A program made the translations under genes and the position numbers. DNA of 63,220 bases, the filler included, from Reticulomyxa filosa (taxonomy: Eukaryota > Protista > Foraminifera), in assembly GCA_000512085.1 (NCBI GenBank). It is 15 parts of 15 records of this genome, joined end to end, with 100 filler letters (N's around TTAATTAATTAA, not from the genome) between each part and the next. Parts side by side here need not be neighbours in the genome. Positions count along the whole stretch, not along the records: positions 1 to 17,403 come from ASPP01010455.1; positions 17,504 to 20,790 come from ASPP01008886.1; positions 20,891 to 24,079 come from ASPP01040032.1; positions 24,180 to 29,268 come from ASPP01027643.1; 11 more parts are not named here. The stretch is one strand, 5' to 3'. Shown here one piece after another: positions 13,865 to 26,510 of this stretch. Each line of letters starts with the position of its first letter. Within the stretch, counting starts at the first letter, position 1. The notes under the pieces were generated by a model. The model was not told where the DNA came from, did not search any database, and saw only the letters and a list, made by a program, of their open reading frames with translations.

Positions 13865-15796
13865 TTGCAGGGCTGGCGAATGAAGAGTGAAAAAAAGAAG
13901 AAGAGGTCGTTGGATAAATGGAAAATGAATATAAAAACGACAAAGAAGAAAAAAGATGAAGAGGATTCAAGTGATCGAAAAGAGGATCAATTGTTAGGGA
14001 ACGAAGCAAAAGAAGAGGACGAATGGGGAATGGAAGATCATATGAGTGATGAGGATTACAATGGTGGTAATGGTTACCATAATTATTATAATGGCCACAA
14101 TGACAATAACAATATGAAGAACAATGAGAACGAAGATGGGAATGAGAATGATAATAGCAATGAGGAAGAGGATTTGAATGAAGATATGAGTAAGTATCAA
14201 AGCGAAAAAGAAAAAGAGAAAGAGAAAGAAGATGAAAAGAGCAGTGATAATAAGCAACATATATTGTGTTTGTGTTGGGAAAGTCAGTTACTTTGGTGCA
14301 TAATCCAAAGTGTATATTCGTTTGTGGTGACAAGGCCGAGGCTGTACTCGTTGTGTTTGGTGCTGCAAAGCACGTTGTTCCGAGGATTGGTGGTGGTGGA
14401 CGTTGTGACAGACACGAGAGTGGCGTTGTCTCTGTACAGCAACGGTGAAAGCGCAATGTGTCTATTTTCGACACTAATTATCTGTATACCATTTATTATT
14501 GTGTGGACAGCAAGTTTGAGGTTATCAATCTAACAAAACTTATTTATGTGTGTGTGTGTGTGTGTATGTGTTTTGATTGGGTCATTACAAATTTAAAAAA
14601 ATGAAGTAATTTAAATAAATAAATTTATGATTGATTGATTGATTGATTTTTTTTTTTTTTTATAATAAAAAAGACTGATCCAAAGATTATTATACGCATA
14701 CAACGAAGAACGGCGAATAAAGCGCGAATCGACGCAGAACAAGTTGGACTGGAGACAGTCGATTGGGATGAGACTGTGCGTGAATGGGAGTCTGTGGCTG
14801 TACTTGATCCCGCCCATTGGAGCGATAGCAGTGGGGGTGATCGAAGTGTTATGGGCGTGTGCGGATGTGATTGAGGGACTGTACACATTCTTTGCAGGCC
14901 GTGTGATCGCAGCGTCGTATCACACAAAGTGGCAAGGCCTACGCGACTTCCGTCGGTACGTGCATTTCTTTGGCGAAACGATTCCGCAGTCGGTGTTGCA
15001 GGTGTGGATGTTTTACAATCATATCCAAGTCAATCGTAACGCATTGATCATATCTTTGGTGGTATCATCTTTGAATTTAATCTACAATGTGATAGTGTTG
15101 CGCAGAGATAGTCACTTCCACGGTATGACATTGGTGGAGTATGCGATATCAGTAATGCAACTCAGTGAGATCCCACTGATCAAATTAATCCCAAGACTCC
15201 CTGCCGTTCAACGCGGCAAGGTGACGCAGGTCAACTACTCCAATTTCAAGTTCGACAAACAGTCGCTTGGACCTTTGCTCACTTCGCTCGGAGACAAACG
15301 CTGTCGTCTCAAAAAACTCAAACTCTCCATGACCAGCTTGAGCGAACTCGACTTCAACTCGTGCCAATACTTGGGCAGCTTTTTGCACGGCAAAAAAAAA
15401 GTTCAGATCACCATCTCTCGCGCGATGGACGCCCAGACCATTGTTGCCTTGTTCCAAGCTCTTGACATTGATGGCAATGGCTATCTCGATTTCCACGAGT
15501 TTTGTGTCGGCGTCAAACTCCTCAACCCCTCGGTGCATCCCGAATGGTATCGCACCTTGTTCGAACATTTGGCCATTCGAAGGGCGCCCACGTACGACCG
15601 CGTGTACTTCCCCGATTTTTATCAATCTCTTATCGCCTACCACTCGCCCCTCAACCAATTTGACATTTCTCAAATCGCTTTCCCTGTCCATTATATCGTG
15701 GCCACTTGTGTTGATTCCTTGCAAAGCGTGTTGGGCATTTCGCAGGTCTTTGATGACAATGATGATGACGATGATTATAATGGCAATATCAATATC

Positions 15797-15855
<59 letters not shown>

Positions 15856-16735
15856 CAATATTTCAACTCTTGCTCGCTTGAAAAATCAATTCATCCTATC
15901 TTTTGTTAACAAATCGAAATCTGAACAACTTTTAGATTCCAGCGAAAAAATGTTCTACTTTTGCATGGGAATGGGGCTGCATGAACAAATGCGCCAACCC
16001 AAATCGCAAAGCATTTTTATCACTATTGCTCAAAGTTTGTATACGTTGGTGCAACTACAACAATTCAAAACCAACTCGTTACTACTTTCCTCTGCGCCAT
16101 CGGCGCCGCTTGGGCCTTTGATACCTTCGATTGCCATCACCATTCCTGCGCCTGTGCCTGCGCCTGCGCCTGCGCCTGTACCTGCGCTCCCTACTACCTC
16201 CTCCCCAGACTCGCCCTCGGCCAAGGCAGGCTTGCCTGCTCCCGGTATTCCTGCATTTACTGGTCCCACCATCTCTGCCGGGGCGGCGTCCCCCTTCGTG
16301 TCGAGCCCCTTTCTCACTGGTGAACACGCCAGTTTGTTCGAGGAACACTATCGCTTCATTTGGGGAATTTGCAGGAAGATCATTGAGACTCCCAAGGTGT
16401 ACTTTTTATTGACGAAACGAGACGATGTGGTTTCTTTTATGGAAAAAAAGAGACGGCAAGAAAAAGGCAACGATGACGATGTAGACAATGACAATGATAA
16501 TGAAAAAAAAGAAAAAGAAAATGCTGATGAACATGCCAATGAAACTAAAAAATACAGAAAAAAGAATATAATAAGTCATCCCATTTATCAAAAGTGTTTA
16601 CAAGATGGACAAAACGGATTGAACAGTTTGGAATATTGTGTCATTTTCAAAGAAGCACGTCTTTTTGCTCATTTGTTAAACGCGCTATTGGAGCATAATG
16701 GCATGCCTGATTACAACAATAATTATAATCCTAGC

Positions 16736-16770
<35 letters not shown>

Positions 16771-17383
16771 TAATAATAACAACAATAGCAATAATAACAA
16801 CAATAATAACAATTACAATTACAATTACAATAATAATAACAATAATAACAATAATAATAATAGCAACAACAATTACAATAATGCCAACAATAATCCCACT
16901 CTCAACGACAAGAAGAATACCAATTCCAACTACATCAGCAACGACGAAAATCGCTTTGGCAATACTCTTTCCAGCGATCCGCAGCCTTTCATTAACACAC
17001 TTCATAACAATTATCAGCTCCAATTAAAGCCGTGGAGCAACAGCAGCGCGTCCAGCTTGTTTACTGGAGTGACCAATCCTGCGTCTCATATTGGACATCG
17101 CATAAGGCCTCCGGATATTGTCGTCAATAGTCCAAAGAGTCAAATCAACCCTACTGAGAACTTGAACCTCAACAAAATCAACAAAAACGTTCCCCTCGTG
17201 TTCAAATCTCCTCCACCGATTGTCACCTCCATTACAAGCACTCATTACCAAACACCGACTGGCTTAACTCCTGGTTTTTTTCTCTATTTATTTATTTATT
17301 TATCCATTTGTTTACAATGTCCATATATTCTCCAAAAAAAAAAAAAAAAAAAACGTATAAAAAAGACCCCTTTTTTTACTTAA
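13865..17383 (+). CDS. XK-related (Xkr) scramblase-like membrane protein with EF-hand; 3'-truncated
   Basis: VVDVVTDTRVALSLYSNGE resembles XK TM1, FFGETIPQSVLQVWMF resembles the XK ExxPQxxLQ motif, and DIDGNGYLDFHEF is a canonical EF-hand loop. Intron at about 14521-14674. Poly-N and PA repeats. Confidence 0.65.
15781..15855 (+). repeat. (AAT)n coding poly-Asn tract
   Basis: Directly visible; a second, longer tract lies at about 16712-16893. Confidence 0.9.
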
Positions 17384-17403
17384 CATAAAAAAAAAAAAAA
17401 AAA

Positions 17404-17503
17404 NNNNNNNNNNNNNNNNNNNNNNNNNNNNNNNNNNNNNNNNNNNNTTAATTAATTAANNNNNNNNNNNNNNNNNNNNNNNNNNNNNNNNNNNNNNNNN
17501 NNN
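17404..17503. other. Artificial contig spacer N44-TTAATTAATTAA-N44 (first of 14)
   Basis: Identical 100-nt spacers start at 17404, 20791, 24080, 29269, 30826, 35964, 38535, 45616, 49553, 53155, 54492, 58588, 59933 and 61122. The core places stop codons in all six frames. Confidence 0.98.
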
Positions 17504-18136
17504 AAAAAAAAAGAGGCTTTAAATTGGACACTTCAACAACATCAAAAGTATATAGATATTTGATTAGATTTTCTACTTCTTTTTCTTGTTTTCTTCACAA
17601 TACGTTACCAGATTTTCCACAGAGTAAATATGACCAATTTTACTGGTTTTGCCTTTCTTGCGGTTATTTTTTTCTTGTAATTTGCCGGTGAAGGGATCAA
17701 GTGGGTGAGAATAATCTGCCCGTTTTTTGTACGACAAAGAGCTAGGAGGTTCGTCGTCACTGCTGTCGTTTTGTGTAAAAGAAACACATTTAAGTTCACT
17801 TTTATCTGACCGGGATTTTACATTTGTGATTTCTGTCATGGAGAGCTTGCACACAACTTACGAATCGCAAGTTCAATATGTTCACAGCCACCCTTTTTGC
17901 CTTGTCTGGAACGTGACATTTCATGAAATATTTTAATTGCAAGATCTTGACTGACATTGATATTATTATGTCCCCGTTTGTTCAGTCTATACAGCTGCAC
18001 CTTTTTGAGGGTGCAGTCATCTTTGTAGTGATATATGTTATTGTGTGTATGCGTATGCATATTGTATTGGGATGTTTGGCTCAAAAGACAAAAGCAAGCA
18101 CACAGAACACATTTACAAATGGTCAATTGTAGGTTG

Positions 18137-19319
18137 TTATTTTGAACCGTCAGCAGATCCACTGGCTCGATTTCGTTTGACCTCTTTGATAGCTTGTTCT
18201 AAATCCACAGAGTGCTGAAAAGGGATGACTTCGTCTTCAGTACCATGAAACAATAGTATTTTTTGGCTTTTCATTTTTTCAACTTGCGCGAGATTGTTAA
18301 ATATGTCCAACTTCTCTTGCTTCCAATCGTTGTCATTGGCAATAGTATAATTAACTTGGTGTTCTGTCAATGGTATATCACTCACATCCCGATCCAACGA
18401 TACGTTCTTCTCTGCTGATTGCGCTTGTGATATACTGAAGACCCTTCTTGAAGAGTACCATTTCTTATCGCTTTTTTTCTCACTCGACGATAGGGGCAAT
18501 GCACTTGTGTCTGTCATTTCATTGGCCGCGCATTTGTCACCATCTCCCTTTTTCCTTTCTTCCTCTGACATAGTTTCTAATGAAATATCCTTGGCTTCAT
18601 TTTTTGCCGTGCCATCCAAATCGGTCAATATTTTTCCAAACCATTGTTTGCCAAAGGTTATCGTATAACGCTCTTGCGCCAATGCGGTTATACTCGTAAA
18701 TGGACTGATCAATATTAACATGTTGTGCTTTCGATGTGCTAAATGACACGCCACTCCTGTGCCTATGCTTTGTCCCATTATGATCAATTGACTCGGAGGG
18801 ATTTTCAAATCTTTCACTAAAAAATTATACACGTTTTCACTGTGTTTGATCGCTTGTTGCACGTTACAGCTACCCTTAAGTATACCATATCCAGGGTACT
18901 CAACTATACATAAATGTACTGCCAATGATCGAACCAATTCATTGTAGGCACTTGCGGTTGGTCCCAAATCCACACCATTTCCATGGAACAATAATATCAC
19001 ATGGCTTGGCTTATTCCGTTCACAACCTGGAACAAATAACATCAGACTACCCTTTTCCGCACATAACTTATTGTCTTTGTCAACGTATTCAGTCACGTCA
19101 TCTTTTCTATTTTCCTTTTTTGTTTATTTGTGTATTTTTTTTTTGCTGAATTTCTTTCACTCCACTTTTTTAAGGAGTATCACGATGAGGAACTTCGAAG
19201 GGGATATAAAAAAGATTGTCGTTGAACGAATGCGGAGTATAAGTCGAATTCTTGTCGTATTGGAGCGGGAACATGACCACGTTCGCCGCGTTTACAGCCA
19301 GATGACGTGAAAAACTCAT
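18137..19319 (-). CDS. Alpha/beta hydrolase, ABHD17/ABHD13-like
   Basis: LLFHGNGVDLG, VEYPGYG, nucleophile GQSIGTG, LISPFTSI and LLFHGTEDEVIPFQHS. Probable first exon from ATG 19319 (MSFSRHLAVN...). Confidence 0.85.
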
Positions 19320-20594
19320 CGAGAATGTAATTTGCGGAGGCTATGAAAATTTTTCCTTAGGGGACCAATTTTTCTGCTTGTAATTCTAAAGTTTTCAAAA
19401 AAGGTGGCGGGACTTCAGTATGGGGTTGATTCCTTGTTATCATATATCAAAATATCAAGTGAAATTGCAAAAATCAACAGTCGAAGCAGAAACAAACAAC
19501 ACTTTCGCGTCACTGTCAAATAAGCAAACAATGTCAAATTCAATACTCACGTGCTCCAAATAATAGCAACTGTTAAACTTTAATTTGCTTGTTTTGGCTT
19601 GCTTTAATTTGTTAATAAAAATTACTTGAAATTTCAATACTATTTTAGACTTCAGCAACTCGAAAACAACGCTTTTAAAAAAGATATCCATGAAAAATAA
19701 AAAAATTTTTATTTTGGTTTTTGCACGTTGTTTTTGTTTCAATGTTGAGATTAAAATAAATTTGTTGAAAATATAAATTGTGTCAATATTTTTTTTTGCT
19801 CGTAATCCAAGTTAATCAAAACATTCACTGAATACAATATATTACTATTTTATAGCTTGTTCTGTTTTCAATTAAAAGAATTGAAATTTTATTTCAAGTA
19901 GAATATGTTCATGTTATTTTATCAAATAATTTTACGCATTCGTTCGTTATAAAGGACTTCTGTTTTTTGATAGTTTAAATGTTTACCATACTATACTTTG
20001 GTAATATTGTAGATGTCCTAAAATGTCCAGTGAGCGAATCATATCAATGTCTTATATATCATTGTAATTTCTGCTTCTTCATTTTTAAATGCAACATTAG
20101 TGTTCACAAAAGTGATAGACATTGTCACAAGCATTTCTTTGTTGGCATTTCAAAGTGTCCATACAATTGAGTGGATCCGCTTTATATATGTGCATATTCG
20201 AATAATTTCTTCAAATAGTTTTTTTATACTTTGGTTTATTGATACAAACATTGTATTTTTAATAATTTTATCTTCTTCCATAAGTATTTTTACTTGTTTC
20301 AATTTTCCTCCAATTTGAATGCACATTGTTACATTTCCACCAATCAAATGGGCCACAGCTTATTTGTTTAATTATTTATGTTGTGCATCGCCGTGCTGTT
20401 TTTCAGGTTACTGCGACTTCAAAGTCACTTGTGACTATTTTGTAGACACAAATTCGAACTCGAGTGAATTTGTGATTTTTGTTTTTTAAAAAAAATGACA
20501 AAAAAGTACACAATTTGCACTGTTCTTTGTGTTAACAAGAACAACCTGCTTTAATGTCTCGGTGAAGCACTTTGTATTGGTAATCCTGCTAATA

Positions 20595-20790
20595 AAAGTT
20601 TTTGTCATTGCAAGGACGGGCAGCACTTCGAAATTTCGAGAATATTCGTTTTATCGTTATTTAGAAAGTTTGGGTGTGCCTGTTGTCAATTCGCCTATTG
20701 CAATAAATTATGCCAGCAATAAATTTCTTACATACACGCTTTTGGCGGAACAAAACGTGGCAGTGCCTAAAACAATTTTATTGAATTCTA
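20595..20790 (+). CDS. RimK-like ATP-grasp ligase, partial exon at contig end
   Basis: VIARTG...YLESLGVPVVNSPIAINYASNKFLTYTLLAEQNVAVPKT matches the RimK/LysX/RIMKL pre-ATP-grasp signature. Confidence 0.7.
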
Positions 20791-23700
20791 NNNNNNNNNN
20801 NNNNNNNNNNNNNNNNNNNNNNNNNNNNNNNNNNTTAATTAATTAANNNNNNNNNNNNNNNNNNNNNNNNNNNNNNNNNNNNNNNNNNNNAGTTTGGAGC
20901 GTAATGAAAACACATAATAAAAAATAATTGAAGGCTGGATTTAAAGAGAATATCGTTATTCGTGATTCCGGGTATTGTCTTGGCTATGCGTAAATTTGTG
21001 GTATTGAAGTGGTGGGTTCCTGTTTTGGTGGATACATCAGTCAGCTATCAGCATTTTATATACGTTGCTACGATGTCGATGAACAGTAGTAACATGGCGT
21101 GCGTAGGCGGGCCAATGATGGAATGCAAACCAGGACTAAGTCGACGACCACGACATTATTGTCCAATGTTTGCACGAAGTATCATTGTGCCATTAGGATT
21201 GCAGGATTGGTGGCAGAGTCCATCTGAGATGGACGTGGCAAATGTCTCCCCCTTTGTTACCGGTTGTGAGACCGTGTCAATCAAAGGTTCGAGAGATATT
21301 CATAATATTATAACGCCTACATCCCCTTCTGACTGATGACGGCCGTTGTGGATATGCATTGTATGGTTTGGAGTTACGCTTTACTGTCTTATATTCTAAC
21401 TTCAAATCTTTTAAAAATAACTTGTAATTTTTTAAAAAATAGATTCATGTGATTACCAATTGTTGTCCTGATCGATGATTATATTTGGTTGGATATATTC
21501 TCTTTCTTTTGTGGGAATATGTGTCCTTACGTTTTCTGCACTCTTTGCACATTTTCCCTTTTTTGTATTTTTCATTCTTTGCACCTTCTGCAATTCATTT
21601 TACTTACTTTTTTTATATGTGCTTTTTATTCTCTTGTAACGTTTTTTTTTCTTTTCAAAAGTTCATCTTTTGCATTTGTATTGGTCCATGTTTTTTTCAA
21701 TTAAATTTTTTTTCATTGACATTATTTATTTTTATTTTTTGGGGCATTTTAATGTGGTATCGATTGATGCATTTATTATATGGGTATGGTAATGATGATA
21801 TCTTTGTTCCAGCAACGTGGTGTGACATTCTTAATGTCGTTCTTGTGATATTTTGTGCACGCTTATGTAGATCATTAACGATGCAATAATTGCATCATTT
21901 GGAGTCTTAAGCCACCAATCCTGCAAAAGCGAATAGTCCACTGATGTGGACAAAAATCATATTGACTCCACTTGGCGTGGAATATCTATTTCAAAGTCAT
22001 TTGACTTGTGACAATAGATATCGACACGCATTGGGATGCTTTGACATCCCATCGAATATGATCTACATTTGGTCGATTTTGATATTTTGGAAACAACGAC
22101 CGTCAATGTATGATATTCTTCGATTTTATTAAGTTTAGGATATCTTTTCTATTATTTTGTTTAGTCATATAATTGCACTTAGAAAACGTTGGTTTTTTTG
22201 AATTGTATTTTGAATAGAATGGCATTAGCTCGTGTATTCATGTATCGTTATTCCAGGTCCCTGTTATCTTAATTTTTTTTAATTTTTTTTTTAAATAAAT
22301 TGATTTGTAATATTTAATAAATTAATCATTTAATTAATTTAATAAATGTTGATAATGACAATTCTCACATTCAAAATTATCTTCTTTTGATAAAATAGTA
22401 ATGCATTTGGGACTCCAAAATAAGAATAATTACTTACAATTTTGTCTCCATTTAAACAAAGAATATATCAATCACTTTATCTAGTTTTTGGAAAATATAA
22501 TAACCAAATGAATAAGATATATATGCACAAATACTTTCGCAATTAGATCTTGCCATATCATCAAAAGGGCATTATGACATTATGTATACTATTTAAATGT
22601 AAGATATACGTATATTTATACGCAAGTGTGCAAATTATAAGATGAAGAGACAAATCTTAATCACCGAACGATCAAAAGTGCTTCATTCCGAATGTAACAA
22701 AGTAAAATCGTTAATAAAAAGGAAAAATTCTATAAATATATCATATTAAAAAAATAACGTTTCTAACATCAGCAAATATGATTAATTATTCATTAGTTTT
22801 GTACACGTTCGGTGTGATGCAAACGTACAAACTGCATTATATAATTAATAATATTCAAACACAATTTCAATATAGTTGAATATAATAATAAGTGTTATTA
22901 ATTGATCATATTGCTTTGCTGTTTCTTTTTAAAAATATTTCATATGTTGCATTTTGAATATACATTAAACATTATATCTTGTGAATTGTCATGAGGATTT
23001 CTCCTATTTGTCATTTTGAATTATAGTCGAATTTTATCATCCTTGAATGAACTCGGAGAACATATATAGTTTTCCTGTGCTCTATACAGAGTGGTAATAA
23101 GTGTCACAACGCAAGAGTTTGTTACCTTAAAAGTACAAGATATTGTAACTTTTTTCTGTATTCGAAGAGATTAATCTTCGCTTAGCTAAAAATTCGGGAA
23201 GTTGGGTAGTTTTTAAGATCTAGAGAGTTCGATGATGCAGTGGTTTTTTCTATCTCAATTTTTGATTCTATAAAAAAGAGAATATGAGGTGAATGGATTG
23301 AAACATCAGAGAAAAAAGCAAAAAATCAAGCGAAAGGGCCAAAAGCAACAAAATACTTGAATCACATAGTTATTGCGATTTGTTTTCACAAAAGAAATTT
23401 TCATTCCTAAAAAGCTGTTCTTTTAAATATGTTAAAAACGTAAAGGAACATGAAATAAGACACAATTTTTGTTGTCCAAATCGGAGTAAATGCCGATTGT
23501 CATTGTTTTTCTTTTTGATTTATAATCAAAAAACAATTTTTTTTATTGAGATTGCAAATAAATGGTCCAAATCAAATTTTTTTATAAAAATGAAAAATAA
23601 ACATTATCAATGTATATGAAATATCATTGCATTTTATGCTTTCAGTTGACTTTTTAAATGTAGGTCATTTTCTTAAAATGACCCAGTTTTTTTTAAATAA

Positions 23701-24627
23701 ATAAAATAATATTTTTTTTATAAATAATAATTTGGTGATCTAGTTTCGTTTTTTGTTTATTTTATCAAATCGAAATTATATTTAAAAATTTAAAGAATGT
23801 GTTATAAAAAGATATACATATTTGAGGTATGTATATTTTTGATGGTATAGATATATTCAAAGTCTCTTCTTTAGTCATTTCCAATCATCTTCTGTCTTGC
23901 TTTGGTCTCATAAACACTCCAGGGCTTGTGTTCTTCAAAACGTTATAAGACTAAGTGAACAAAGACTATATTTTTCCTAAACTTTCAAAAAAACCTATTC
24001 TCAGCACCAATACAAAAAAAAAAAAGAAAAATTAAGTTTCCAAAAAACAACTCAAAAAGTAGATCAAGAATGACGTCTTNNNNNNNNNNNNNNNNNNNNN
24101 NNNNNNNNNNNNNNNNNNNNNNNTTAATTAATTAANNNNNNNNNNNNNNNNNNNNNNNNNNNNNNNNNNNNNNNNNNNNTGATTGCGTTTGTATAACCTT
24201 TTGGAGAGTTTTTGCACAATACTAAAACAATTACTCCAATTTTTTATCCTTTGTTTCATTTGAGATTATTTTAGTTTTTTATAATTCAAAACTGTTGTTT
24301 GAGTATTTTCTGTTGCATAAATCTTATTTATCATAATAATGCCATTGTATACACAATCAATGTACAAAATTTTAAATAAAATGTTAAATATTGAATTTCA
24401 GTTGTGGTTTGTATAGTGATACTTGAAAATAGAAAAAAGAATATAAGAAAATGAACGAAATGCGTACACCATTTCACTGATTGTAAGAACTGCGTTTGAA
24501 CAATAATCAAATTTTAAATGGAAAAATAGAGATGCTAGAAAAATATGATCAATTAGTAAGTGAACATTATTTCATTTAATTCACTCAAAACAACAAAACC
24601 ATTGAAGAAATTTTTATTGGAATGAGA

Positions 24628-26017
24628 CTATCCCCAAATATGAATTGGACCATTTTTTGAACTATAACATAAATTAATACCACAGCAATTATTGCTATTT
24701 CTGTCTTTTTCTAATTGTATAAATGTAAGACATAATATTCCACAATCTTTTTTCTTATCTCCATGAACCACATGCAATTCATATTTATTTGATCGAATAT
24801 CCCAAAAACGAATTGTATTGTCATATGATGCAGAACATATTACATTTGAAATACCACCAATTTCATTATTGTCTACTACAAATGGTGAATATTCAACAGC
24901 ATACACGTAACTTGTATGTCCATTGAACATTTGAATTTCTTTCCCAGAGCGAATATCCCACAAACAAACACTTTGATCTCTTGATCCAGATAATATTGTA
25001 TTTGCACCACCATTAATTCCTAATTCATTTGATCCATATTTTACACTTCTAACGCAATCAGTATGTCCTCTGAATAAGATCAATTGTTTTGTTGTTTCAA
25101 TATCCCATATACGAATGGTTCTATCATCTGACCCAGAACAAATAGTATAACCATTACCACCAATCAAACCAATAGCATTGCTTTTATTGCTATTATTGTG
25201 ACTTTGCAATGGTGAAAATTCTACACACCAAACCGCATACTCATGTCTATTAAGAACAGATAATGATTTGAATGTTTCGACATCCCACAAGCGAATAGTT
25301 TTATCAACTGAACCAGAACACAAATATTGGCCACCACTAAATGGTGAAAAGTTAATACCATAAACACCATTTGTATGTTCATTAAACATTTTTAATTGTC
25401 GATTACCTTTTATATCCCAAAAGCGAATTGTTTTGTCATATGCTGAAGAACAAATGACATTGCAACGACGATTATGATAATGGTATGGTGAAAATTTCAC
25501 ACAATACACAGGATCTGAATGCCCTTGGAATAATTTAATTTGTCTGCCGCTCTCTACATCCCAGATACGAACTGTTTTATCTTCTGATCCCGAACAAAGT
25601 AATTTATCACAACCAAATGCTGAATAATCGATACTCCACACATAATCATTATGTCCAGAGAAAGTTTTGGTCAATTTAGATGACGAACAAAATATATCAA
25701 GGAGGAAGATGTCAGTTGCCTATATTAAATCGTGATTGTGAATGATAACAACTAACACTTGATTGAGATTGAATGAAAATAAATATATAAAAAACATAAC
25801 ATAAGCCACAACAAGTTCGTCAAAATCAGGAATCCATCCCAATTTAATCTTTAGTATTCGGATCCAATGCCGAACAATTATTTGGGTTTCTTCTTCTTCT
25901 GACTGAATCAATCATATATAATAAATACAATAAAAAAAAAACAACTTTCTGAGAGCTTGAAATGAAGCTTACTAATTCTAGGTGAGTTGAAGTGTGTTTC
26001 TCATTAACAAGACTCAT
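24628..26017 (-). CDS. WD40-repeat protein (3 exons)
   Basis: About seven GH...SGSxDxTIRxWD repeats. Exons 26017-25973, 25902-25801 and 25719-24628 join in frame through GT-AG introns. Confidence 0.92.
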
Positions 26018-26510
26018 CTCTCAGCTTCTTTTGTCTTGAGATTGTCTTCGATAATGTACGATGAAAAAATAATTGAATTTTATATCAAAATCAATAAAGG
26101 GGTTGCATTTTATTGTTCTGTGTACTTGTTTACGAATATTTTTATTAAAAGAAGTTAGTGATATTGTTTCTTTTTGTTTAAAAAAATCCATGTAGTGCAA
26201 AGCACTACTGGTCATTGATAAGATCCAAGGAACTTAGAACTCCTTTATCAAAAACTCTCCCCAAGTAATTTATTGTTACGTAAAATCGCGTTTTTAAAAG
26301 TAATATTGCCAATTACAGCAACGCCACCGTATACACTATCAACTAGTTTTTCACTTAAACAAATACACTATATAAATGCTTTTAACAATAAAATTATATT
26401 GTTCCTAAAGAAACTGAAAACGCCACGAAATTTTTTATGTTTTTCAAAGGGGCCTTTTTTCCACATCTTCCCCTTTTTTCAAAAAAATTTAATCTTTACT
26501 CAATCTCAAC

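Noticed and set aside
22300-24079. Possible genes in long AT-rich stretches (also 47600-49000 and 61222-62900)
   Set aside because: Only short low-complexity ORFs without motifs; treated as intergenic.
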